Origin: an uncultured archaeon
Lineage (GTDB): Archaea > Asgardarchaeota > Lokiarchaeia > Sigyniarchaeales > Promethearchaeaceae
Assembly: GCA_964426185.1 (NCBI GenBank)
Contig: CAYRPF010000019.1
Location: 4,397-32,421, forward strand
Direction: 5' to 3'
Length of the DNA: 28,025 nt
Shown: positions 8,389 to 17,219 of the stretch, one piece after another
Layout of the letters: each line of letters opens with the position of its first letter
Position numbering within the stretch: the stretch's first letter is position 1
Translations under genes and position numbers: made by a program
The notes under the pieces: model-generated
Database searches by the model: none
Told to the model about the DNA's origin: nothing
What the model saw: only the letters and a program-made list of their open reading frames with translations

Positions 8389-9915
8389 TTATTTTATGTA
8401 TAACACTAGCAAGTTATGAATTTTATTCCTCAAAGTTTCAAAATTTTCTTTCAATATCTGTTCCAGAGCTGAGTTTTTAGAATAAAATAGCAAGAAGAAC
8501 TTAAATTCATCCACATGAAATTTATACATTATTACATAATCCGTGCTGGAAAATTGATATTTACTGATTTGATCTTTAAGATCTGGATGTATTTGGCTGA
8601 ATTGTTGGGCAATTGTGGTAAATTGAGGGGCAGCAATCTCAAATATCTGCTGAATTGCAATATGTTCTCCAGATATCGAATGTTTTTGTTCAACTGAAGC
8701 TAATACTAAACCATTTTCATTTAATAATAATGCAGTCGAAATATCGTGTTGTTTAATAAAATCATGCAATAAATGCTCCAGTAATGGCCGGTTTGGAGAA
8801 AGCTGACGTAAACCATAACTAAAAGCATTAAGGACAGAATAGATAGAGAATATTGAAGTATGGAAGAATTTATAAGGATGTTTACCGAGTAGATTGGTTA
8901 TTCTAGCTTTGATTTGGGCTAAATTTTGAAGAATTATATCCTTTTGAGTTACATCTTCATCCACTTTGGTTAAAATAAACACTATCGGCAGATGTGGATC
9001 AAATTCATCACATCTACTTATAATAGTCTTCAAAAACTCTTCATTTTCAGAAAGTTTTGGATTTTGTACATCAATAAAATAATACATCAAATCGGTTTCA
9101 TAAATATAAAATTCGGCTTTTTCTAGAAATTCGGTGCGATTTGCTGGAGACCCAGGAATGTCCCATTTCAAAATGGTGGTTCCTAAAAAGTCTAGTGAAT
9201 CTTGAGTAGGACGAGTGGTGGGTACTAATGAAGGTAAGAAACTATAATTTCGTTTAATAGATACTAGAAAACTAGTTTTACCTGTATTTTCCAAACCTGT
9301 GAAGATAATTTTAATACGGCGATGTTTGGTAACGGGTGAAATCGGCTTATGCTGAATGGAATTAAGTTCTGCAAAAAAATCAACAAATAGCGGGATAACT
9401 TGTGAATAATGCGATGATGCGTCCATTTCAGAATTAATTTTTAACTTTTTAACCAATTCGATTAAAGTACGGGTGAATTCTCGGGTAGGACCCTTTAATC
9501 GCGGCAGTGAATCATAAATGAAGCCCCGATATCTTTCTGGTATAAACAAAGTTAAGGAGACCGGAGAATATTGATTGGTAATAGGCGAGAAAAAATAAGT
9601 AAAATAGGTAAATCCAATGATTTTCAAATCTGGATATGGTAATACACCATATAATTCAATATTTTCAAGTTGATCTTGGGCTTTATTATCTAGGGAATAA
9701 TCATTGAGCAGTAATGCAATACTTTTAATGGCAACTTGCATGTAATTACGTTGGGAAAACTCTTTTGTAATAAAACTTGGATTTACTTCAAGAAGATTAA
9801 GATCAGAAGGAATTGGATAACCAAAAATTGCTTCCGGGCCCAATTGACCGAATATTGAAAAAACTGACCCCTTAACAATAAATTCTGGAAAAGTGCTGGA
9901 GGATATTTTCGACAT
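8389..9915 (-). CDS. Longin/uDENN-like domain + Rag/Arf-like small GTPase + roadblock fusion
   Basis: G1 GLENTGKT (aa 207-214), G2 PT, G3 WDIPGS, G4 TKVD, G5 TSI, and a C-terminal roadblock-like STALLLNENGLVLAS. The N-terminal ~190 aa begins VFSIFGQLGPEAIFGYP, a longin-type beta hairpin. Confidence 0.8.
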   Translation of the reverse strand: MSKISSSTFPEFIVKGSVFSIFGQLGPEAIFGYPIPSDLNLLEVNPSFITKEFSQRNYMQVAIKSIALLLNDYSLDNKAQDQLENIELYGVLPYPDLKIIGFTYFTYFFSPITNQYSPVSLTLFIPERYRGFIYDSLPRLKGPTREFTRTLIELVKKLKINSEMDASSHYSQVIPLFVDFFAELNSIQHKPISPVTKHRRIKIIFTGLENTGKTSFLVSIKRNYSFLPSLVPTTRPTQDSLDFLGTTILKWDIPGSPANRTEFLEKAEFYIYETDLMYYFIDVQNPKLSENEEFLKTIISRCDEFDPHLPIVFILTKVDEDVTQKDIILQNLAQIKARITNLLGKHPYKFFHTSIFSIYSVLNAFSYGLRQLSPNRPLLEHLLHDFIKQHDISTALLLNENGLVLASVEQKHSISGEHIAIQQIFEIAAPQFTTIAQQFSQIHPDLKDQISKYQFSSTDYVIMYKFHVDEFKFFLLFYSKNSALEQILKENFETLRNKIHNLLVLYIK

Positions 9916-9999
9916 AGATTTTCTCTAATAATAATTACACGGTTCTGTGGTAAAAGATCTTTTTTTTTTGGAATCTGAGATTACACTCTTTGTTGAAAT

Positions 10000-11010
10000 A
10001 TGAACGAAGAATTAAAATTACAACTAATCAAAAAACAGTTTTTAACAGCGCGAAATATCCAAGAAAAGAGAAAATTGACACCTATTCTCCAAAAAATTCA
10101 AACTTATGGTTATAATTTCGAAATTACTCAAAATTCACTAGGGGAAGATTCTGCGATCATACCAGAAAAGAGATATTCTACTGAAGAACTGCAGACTTTG
10201 CATTTATTAACTACTGATGCATTATTACCTTCATTCGTTAGAAAATCTCCATTTGGTGCAGGATTTTCTTCAATTTACGTTGGAATTGATGATATTATAG
10301 CATGTGGAGGTACACCTTCAGCTTGTAGCATAATTATTTCTTTTCCAACTCAAGAAATCGGGGAACAAATTATTCAAGGAATTATTAAAGGCACTCAAGT
10401 ATTTCAAATCCCTTTAATTCGTGGACACACCACCACTGATGCAAATGATGTATTTCTTGCCTCCACGGTGGTAGGCACTTGTCCTTCTAATGGATATATT
10501 TCTTCAAAAACCGCACATCTCGGTGATTTTATCGCTTTGGTTTGGGATAAAGATGGAAAGCAAGGTAAAGCAAATCATATGTATTGGGATACCATAACCA
10601 ACAAAAAAGGAAAAGAGTTTTATGAAAAACGCCAGTTTTTTCCCCGTTTAGCCCGAAAAGGATATATTCATGCCAGCAAAGATGTGTCCAACGGAGGTAT
10701 TTTAGGAACATTGTATCAAATGATGCAATATTCTAAACATAAAGGAGGTGCAACCATTCAATTAGATGAATTGAACCAATTTCTCAAGAAAATTTCTATG
10801 CCATATTCATTAGAAGATTTTCTTTTTGTTTTTCTCACCTCTGCTTTTCTAATTTGTGGCGATCCAGCGGATATTCCCCATATTTCTAATGAAATTTCCG
10901 CTTGTAACATGGAATTTACCATTGTAGGAAAAGTAATTGAAAATCCTCTTCTACAAATTGAATTTCAAGAAGAATCCACTACTTTAATAAAATTGGGGGC
11001 TGACAATTGA
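10000..11010 (+). CDS. AIR synthase (PurM)-superfamily ATP-dependent enzyme, sll0787 / methanogenesis-marker-2-like
   Basis: Motifs GEDSAII, TTDALLP..VRKSPFGAGF, DDIIACGGTP, RGHT and ASKDVSNGGILGTL. Confidence 0.78.
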   Translation: MNEELKLQLIKKQFLTARNIQEKRKLTPILQKIQTYGYNFEITQNSLGEDSAIIPEKRYSTEELQTLHLLTTDALLPSFVRKSPFGAGFSSIYVGIDDIIACGGTPSACSIIISFPTQEIGEQIIQGIIKGTQVFQIPLIRGHTTTDANDVFLASTVVGTCPSNGYISSKTAHLGDFIALVWDKDGKQGKANHMYWDTITNKKGKEFYEKRQFFPRLARKGYIHASKDVSNGGILGTLYQMMQYSKHKGGATIQLDELNQFLKKISMPYSLEDFLFVFLTSAFLICGDPADIPHISNEISACNMEFTIVGKVIENPLLQIEFQEESTTLIKLGADN

Positions 11011-11522
11011 AAATTTTGACTCAAAATGAAGTGAAAATTGTGAGTGTTTGCGGCGCTCGAGATATTACCTCTGAAATTTTTGAGAGAGCAGAAAAATTAG
11101 GTAATTTGCTTGCAAAAGAAGGATATGTGGTTGCATGTGGCGGCTTAAGTGGAACTATGGAAGCAGTAGCAAAAGGAGCATTATCTGCTGGGGGAACTAC
11201 AGTGGGGATTTTACCAACCTATTCGAAAGAATCGGCAAATCCATACATTACCATAGCCATACCAACAGGACTGGGCGAAAGTAGAAATATCATTCTCGTT
11301 TCAATGGCGGATGTGGTGGTTTCTATCAGCGGTGGTGCAGGAACATTAAGTGAAATTGCATTAGCTTGGAAATTGGGAAAACCCGTGGTCAGTTTGAGCA
11401 CTTCGGGGGGATGGTCAGCAAAACTTGCGGGAACAAGAATAGATTCAACCCGAGCTGCAACTATTTACTCCGCTTCAACATGCGAAGAAGTGATTGATTT
11501 TGTGAATTCTCAATTGAAATAA
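11007..11522 (+). CDS. LOG/SLOG family nucleotide-binding protein (TIGR00725-like)
   Basis: Motifs CGGLSGTMEAVAKGA, TVGILP, GESRNIILV and GGAGTLSEIALAWKLGKPVV. The TTG start overlaps the upstream TGA (TTGA). Confidence 0.88.
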   Translation: MKILTQNEVKIVSVCGARDITSEIFERAEKLGNLLAKEGYVVACGGLSGTMEAVAKGALSAGGTTVGILPTYSKESANPYITIAIPTGLGESRNIILVSMADVVVSISGGAGTLSEIALAWKLGKPVVSLSTSGGWSAKLAGTRIDSTRAATIYSASTCEEVIDFVNSQLK

Positions 11523-11672
11523 AATTTCTTATGCTCGTTTTATCATAAGAGCAAAGAGTTAAATTTACTCCAGAAAGATTTTTAAAGTTGAAAATCAATT
11601 CCTTTTTAATAATTAGTGAGGTAAATTCATCCATTTCTAACAAAAGAGGGTAAGATAAAAAGAGGTATTAAT

Positions 11673-14201
11673 ATGAAAAAGAAAAATGTACTATTGCTAG
11701 TTCCTCTCCTATTATTAATTGGATTGGGGGTAATCAGACTAAGTAGTGCAGACATAGCACTCAAAACACAAGCAACTGTATCTATAGAAGGTACGGATCT
11801 TGATGATTCATATACTCGTTTGGCTTTAATCTCAGCACCAAACACTTTAAGCAATGTATTTGCCGAAGGCTCTCACCCCGGGCAATTTTCCTTCACAAAC
11901 AACTATGGAATCGATAATTTAGGATTCCCAGTGGTGGGAGACGATATCCGTCAATATCCTATATATATAGGAACCACAGGTTATTTTGCAGATTCACCCA
12001 AAATTGATCCATGGGACCAAGTTACTTGGATGAAGGTGGATAATGGAACCGAACTAAGTGCAACAGATCATCCTACATACAACATATCCATGGAATACAG
12101 TCATTTTGGAGATCTAAATCCCGGAGAACTTACATATTTTCGCCTGGATTTAATTAATATGATGTATATTCAAATGAATTTGATTGTCAATCAACCAGGT
12201 TTACACATTTTATATTTTGATTACGATGATATGGATAGTGTTATTTCTTTAATTTCTCCCTCCGAAAATCCTGTAAGCTATTCAGTTCAATCGTTGCCAG
12301 ATGTGTTTCCTGGAGGTGAACCATACCGAAAAATGCTGGTTTTTACTGCAGACGAAAAGGGACCTTATCAATTAATTTTTGTTCCAGATTCACGAGATAT
12401 TGCCTTAGAACTGCAAGAAATCGACACCACATCCAAAATTTCCATTGGATCTTATGTTTCCTACAAATCAGAAGATTATGGGGATATTAATCCAGGAAGT
12501 TTACAATCCGAAGATAACCTTCCTGTTCAATCTTATGCCATAGAGGTGGAAGAAAATCAAATTCTTAGTTATAACTTTGATTTTATTTGGGGTCAATCTA
12601 GTTCAGCCTTTATTAAATTAGCTATCCCCACACCAGACGGCTACGACATTTATAGCGTTCATGCCGACGGAAAAGACCATGCACAATTTATTGCCTTTTC
12701 CGGAACTGCTTATCTCGAAGTAATTTATCGAGATTTTTACTACTGGTCGGGTTCCACTCCCGTTCGAGAATTATGTTATTATAATTTTAATATTGAAACA
12801 ATCACACCCAAAGATTATGTTTTTGGGTCAACTGAACTCTTAGAAATCGGAGGAAATCCACCAGTAAATGTCTGGCGTATTCAAGTTAATGAGAGTATCT
12901 CTGCATTCTTAAATGTATCCGTGATCGCGGGATCACCAGATTATACATTAGATTCAGATCCTTCAAATAGTATCTTTTATGTAGATGTAAATGGTCAAGC
13001 TCAAACTCTTCCAGAGTTATTTGAATTCAATGATGCACATTATTATTATCTTGATCCCGGGGATTATTTTATATTTTTCACACATTCGGCCACAACAGTT
13101 AATAATGAATATATCGAACTTCAGTCGGGATTTGGAAATTACTTTACTACTTTAGAGCATAAAAATCTGACCCATGAAAATCTCATATTTACCATCAATG
13201 AAAAAAGTCGATTCTCATCAGATTATATGGCGAGTGAGGATGGTATTGGTGGCTATGTGACCCCTTTTGTTGCAAATATTACCTATGATGACCCTTTTAT
13301 GCTTGGCGTAAATCTCTCCGTAGTTCGGGCAGATAATTCAGATTTTGAAAATTATCCAGTACGAATGCGGTTCAGATGGGCTTATGCACAACAATCTAAA
13401 TATGATGGTTCTACCTATTCTGTGCAAAATTCGGGTGTGACTTCCAATATTTTACTCGATACTGATGAAGAAGAAACTTTAGGAATCTACCAAAATTTCT
13501 TTGAAGCTTCTTCGTTATTCTTTTCTGGTTCAGGAAGGGGAATTTTTGCAGTTTGGCCTTATGCCCTTGAAATAGATTTGGGAAGTGGATTTGTGAGTTA
13601 TAATAATTCGTTAGATCTTAGAATTGCTACATTCAGCAATAAAGAAATAAATAATATTCATCAAATCTCAGAGATTAGCGAGGTTAATCGACAGATTGGT
13701 CCTGGTTTAGATTATGACACGGTCTATTATACCACGATTTCTTCTATTAATCTAACTGAAACATCCGGTATTTTGCTGGATGTTAATGCTTCCCGGATGT
13801 ATGATTGGTATCAATTTATTCTCAAAACCAATATTTCAAATTCTGGTTCAATTTGGGTGAGTTTAATTTATGACAATATCTGGACTACTCTAAATGGTCC
13901 TACTACAGCAAATGTGGATACAGTTATTTCTGGAAGTAATGAAGGAAATCAGTCTATTGAACTTGGAGTTGCTCCAAAAACGTTTAGAATATTTATTCAA
14001 ATTTTGGATCCAGGAACCGAGATTATTTTGTATAGATTCAGATTATCGCACTATAATATCACCCTGCTAAATTCACCAAGTTATACATCGGAATATAAGG
14101 TCCCTCTTCCAAAATGGGTGCTACCTGCAGGAATCGGAGGCGGTGTGGTTGTGGTAGCAGGAATCGTAGTTGTTGTAATTAAGAAACGAAAAAAATTCTA
14201 A
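11673..14201 (+). CDS. Large secreted cell-surface glycoprotein with a C-terminal membrane anchor
   Basis: Signal peptide MKKKNVLLLVPLLLLIGLG, an acidic beta-rich body with at least 13 N-X-S/T sequons, and C-terminal PLPKW + Gly/Val TM + KKRKKF. SD GAGGT at 11662-11666. Confidence 0.85.
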   Translation: MKKKNVLLLVPLLLLIGLGVIRLSSADIALKTQATVSIEGTDLDDSYTRLALISAPNTLSNVFAEGSHPGQFSFTNNYGIDNLGFPVVGDDIRQYPIYIGTTGYFADSPKIDPWDQVTWMKVDNGTELSATDHPTYNISMEYSHFGDLNPGELTYFRLDLINMMYIQMNLIVNQPGLHILYFDYDDMDSVISLISPSENPVSYSVQSLPDVFPGGEPYRKMLVFTADEKGPYQLIFVPDSRDIALELQEIDTTSKISIGSYVSYKSEDYGDINPGSLQSEDNLPVQSYAIEVEENQILSYNFDFIWGQSSSAFIKLAIPTPDGYDIYSVHADGKDHAQFIAFSGTAYLEVIYRDFYYWSGSTPVRELCYYNFNIETITPKDYVFGSTELLEIGGNPPVNVWRIQVNESISAFLNVSVIAGSPDYTLDSDPSNSIFYVDVNGQAQTLPELFEFNDAHYYYLDPGDYFIFFTHSATTVNNEYIELQSGFGNYFTTLEHKNLTHENLIFTINEKSRFSSDYMASEDGIGGYVTPFVANITYDDPFMLGVNLSVVRADNSDFENYPVRMRFRWAYAQQSKYDGSTYSVQNSGVTSNILLDTDEEETLGIYQNFFEASSLFFSGSGRGIFAVWPYALEIDLGSGFVSYNNSLDLRIATFSNKEINNIHQISEISEVNRQIGPGLDYDTVYYTTISSINLTETSGILLDVNASRMYDWYQFILKTNISNSGSIWVSLIYDNIWTTLNGPTTANVDTVISGSNEGNQSIELGVAPKTFRIFIQILDPGTEIILYRFRLSHYNITLLNSPSYTSEYKVPLPKWVLPAGIGGGVVVVAGIVVVVIKKRKKF

Positions 14202-14230
14202 ATATGAAAGGAAGAAACGAAAAAAATTCA

Positions 14231-14806
14231 CTAAAAGTTAATTGGCTTACAGATAAGCTCTTGCATTTTCAAATCAAAAAATGTGCTAGTGTGAGCTGGC
14301 TGAATTACCCAAGCAGTATCTGCCCCCCGACCAGTGCCTCCTATTGCGATTACTTTATTAGTTCCTATCAAACCAGAATCTGCAGCCATTAAGGTGATCT
14401 CTGCACATACTTTGGTACCTTGTCCAAAAATACGAAGAGTTTCAGCAATCAACTCAGAAATCTGCCAAGTCCCATGTTTTTTTCGAACAGCACGATCTAC
14501 TCCAGCAAATGCATGTGTAGTAGTTAAGACCTTCACACCCCGATTCTCAAAATCTTCTCGTAGATTTTCATCGAGTTCAACTTTTCCGGGTTTGATAAAA
14601 CCTGCTTGATGGGTAACTGCAATTAATAGAACAGTCTTTTGGCTATTATCTTTGATATTCTTCAAAATCTGTAGTGCGGCCTTAATTGTTGTCCCTTTAG
14701 TTGTTGCTATTAAAACTGCGGATATATCACCTTGAAAGGCACGTTCTTTCACTAAATGCAGAACTTCCTCGGTATGTACTCCTGCTTCTTCGAAATAAAT
14801 TGTCAT
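14231..14806 (-). CDS. Pyruvate-kinase C-terminal alpha/beta-domain-like protein (COG1751 / MTH1675-like)
   Basis: IYFEEAG..HTEEVL, IATTKGTT, VTHQAGF, THAFAGVDRA, ETLRIFGQGTKVCAEITLMAADSG and IGGTGRGADTA. The family match begins at the ATG at 14806, not at 14890. Confidence 0.85.
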   Translation of the reverse strand: MTIYFEEAGVHTEEVLHLVKERAFQGDISAVLIATTKGTTIKAALQILKNIKDNSQKTVLLIAVTHQAGFIKPGKVELDENLREDFENRGVKVLTTTHAFAGVDRAVRKKHGTWQISELIAETLRIFGQGTKVCAEITLMAADSGLIGTNKVIAIGGTGRGADTAWVIQPAHTSTFFDLKMQELICKPINF

Positions 14807-14941
14807 ATGTGTTGAAATGCTACTTTTCTCAAAAAGCTGTGTGTTGTGATATTTAATAATTGGAATAATTGGAAGGTAATGAATTCTCAACAGTTAACAT
14901 TTTAATAGGAAAGAAGGTAAATATGGATCATAAATAAAATA

Positions 14942-15949
14942 ATGGGGATTGATTTGACTAAAGATAACTCAAAACCAATTGAAAATGAAATACTTCCACT
15001 AGAGACTATGTTAAAAGAAAAAACCGCTTTGGAAGAACAGCAAGAAACTGAAGATAAAATTTTATTCACCGGATTGGATAATTCCGGGAAAACCAGCATC
15101 ATTTACTCACTTAAAAGAGAGATTTCACAGATTGCGCTTTTAAAACCCACACGACAAGCACAAAGGCAAATCTTCAAATATCTAGGAAAACAAATTTCAG
15201 AATGGGATTTGGGTGGGCAAGAACTATATAGAATTGCTTACCTAAAGGAACCTACGAAATTTTTTGACCATACTTCGGTTTGCATTTATACCATCGACAT
15301 TCAAGATTCGAAAAGATTCGATGAATCGCTATCATATTTCAAAGACGTGCTCACCCAGTTTAAAAATCTGGAAATAAACCCTTTGATTTATGTGTTCTTC
15401 CATAAGGCAGATCCTGAGTATATTAAGCTGAATGATGTCCATATTAAGGGCAAACTGGTGGATTTGAAGGATAGGATTCGTAAGATCGTTAATGAGGAGT
15501 TTAATGTCACCTTCTTTGAAACCACCATTTACGAACTATGGACCATAATGTCTTCATTTTCTCAAATACTGCTGCAGTTGTATCCGCTTTCTCATTTATT
15601 GGATGAAACTATTTCCCAGTTTAGCGAGAAAGTGAATGCAGAGTCTGCAATTGTGCTGGATCAAAATTCACTGCTTATAGCGAAGTACTTTAGCAATGAA
15701 GAAGCACGCCGTATTATTCAAAATTCCACGCCGTATTTTCTCACGTTGCTGGATTCTTTAGATAAGAATTCGGAAGAGACAAAGGAGATGCTGGTGAACC
15801 GCGCAGAAAAGCAATTTTTCATTGCTCGATTTCCTTTGGAAAAAACTGATGGTTGGATATATTTAATAATTATGCGGAACCAATCAGAAATGCCAATATC
15901 TCAAAGTGAAATAGATGGATATATTAAAATTCTCTACAGTATACTCTGA
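14942..15949 (+). CDS. Rag/Gtr-like small GTPase with a C-terminal roadblock domain
   Basis: G1 GLDNSGKT (aa 44-51), G2 KPT, G3 WDLGGQ, Rag-type G4 HKAD, G5 TTIYE, and roadblock-like ESAIVLDQNSLLIAKY. Confidence 0.85.
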   Translation: MGIDLTKDNSKPIENEILPLETMLKEKTALEEQQETEDKILFTGLDNSGKTSIIYSLKREISQIALLKPTRQAQRQIFKYLGKQISEWDLGGQELYRIAYLKEPTKFFDHTSVCIYTIDIQDSKRFDESLSYFKDVLTQFKNLEINPLIYVFFHKADPEYIKLNDVHIKGKLVDLKDRIRKIVNEEFNVTFFETTIYELWTIMSSFSQILLQLYPLSHLLDETISQFSEKVNAESAIVLDQNSLLIAKYFSNEEARRIIQNSTPYFLTLLDSLDKNSEETKEMLVNRAEKQFFIARFPLEKTDGWIYLIIMRNQSEMPISQSEIDGYIKILYSIL

Positions 15950-16057
15950 TAAATCATACAAAGAAATTCTATTTTATAAATAACAGAATTTATGAAATCT
16001 TTTTTCATTTTCTTAGGATATTTTCAAGATAGAAATTATTTTTTTTATTTTTTAACC

Positions 16058-17131
16058 CTAATTCCCCATAAATTCTTGAATCTTCAGCTTATCTAAATCT
16101 CCACCTATTACCGTCAAAAAAGATAATTCATTACATTCACGACAGAAGATAGCTGCCCGTTGAATCAATTTATTATCTATTATTTGACAGAAACCTTCAT
16201 ACAAATCAAGTTTTTTAATAATATTGGTGCTGTGACAATGTGGACACACTTTAATATCAGCGATATGTGGAAAATTAGCTTTTTGTATGATGTTGGATGT
16301 ATTCTGGGATGCGCGCGCTTTGGATAAATCAGAAATTTTTGAATCTCCTAAAAATGCCTTCTCATATTCTGATTCCAGAGTCGAGGAAGAAGCTTTATCG
16401 ATACGTCGGACAAATTGGCCGTCTCGAATAACTAATGTATAATCCGCAATTTTACGGAGAGCGGGATCATGGGTAACAACCAATAACGACTTATAGGGAT
16501 TGGAAGCCATGAATTCTTGAAATACTCTCATGATGTTTTCAGCAGATACGGAATCGACATTTGCAGTCGGTTCATCCGCTACAACAATGGCCGGATCGTT
16601 AGCAAAAGCCATTGCAATGGATAATCGCTGCTTTTCACCCCCGGAAAGAGTACTAGGGCGATGATGTGCACGATTTTCCAGCCCCACTTCTGCCAACAAT
16701 TTTTGAACTCGATCTTGTCGTTCTTTTTTGGATAATCTCCCCAAAACGACCATCGGAAGTTCAACATTCCCTGCTGCGGTAAGACTGGGAATTAAGTTAA
16801 AAGATTGAAAAACGATGCCGATTTCTTCTTGTAAAAGTTTTTGAATTCCCTCATCCCGCAGTTTGGTAATTTCCATGCCTTTAATTTTGACAGAACCTGC
16901 GTTAGGACGCTCAATTCCACACAGACAATTCAGTAGTGTGGTTTTTCCCGACCCGCTGGGACCCATGATGACGATTAGTTCTCCAGGGTATATTTTTAAA
17001 TCGATTCCGCGCAGTGCCATTACTTCTATCTTTTTTTGTTTGAAAATTTTGTAAACACCGGTCATTTCGACTACAGGAATGCGAGAACCATTTTCGGATG
17101 ATTTTTCAGATGTTTCTACTAAATTTCTCAT
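16058..17131 (-). CDS. ABC ATPase of the LolD/MacB/FtsE family with a C-terminal Zn ribbon
   Basis: Walker A GPSGSGKT, Q-loop IVFQSFNL, signature LSGGEKQR, Walker B ADEPT and VVTHD. The tail carries CPHC...CREC. Confidence 0.9.
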   Translation of the reverse strand: MRNLVETSEKSSENGSRIPVVEMTGVYKIFKQKKIEVMALRGIDLKIYPGELIVIMGPSGSGKTTLLNCLCGIERPNAGSVKIKGMEITKLRDEGIQKLLQEEIGIVFQSFNLIPSLTAAGNVELPMVVLGRLSKKERQDRVQKLLAEVGLENRAHHRPSTLSGGEKQRLSIAMAFANDPAIVVADEPTANVDSVSAENIMRVFQEFMASNPYKSLLVVTHDPALRKIADYTLVIRDGQFVRRIDKASSSTLESEYEKAFLGDSKISDLSKARASQNTSNIIQKANFPHIADIKVCPHCHSTNIIKKLDLYEGFCQIIDNKLIQRAAIFCRECNELSFLTVIGGDLDKLKIQEFMGN

Positions 17132-17219
17132 CTATAATCTATTAATTTTTTATCTATTAATCTTTTAAGTTCGACCACAACAAATCCCTTTAATTCTAAT
17201 CCAACTTCACTTACATAGG

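Noticed and set aside
10000-11010. Selenophosphate synthetase SelD or ThiL
   Set aside because: There is no N-terminal Cys/Sec-x-x-Lys motif, and the KDVSNGG.LGTL pattern fits the sll0787-like subfamily better.
14807-14890. 28-aa N-terminal extension of the PK-C-like ORF
   Set aside because: Family similarity begins at Met 14806, and the extension overlaps the probable divergent promoter region.
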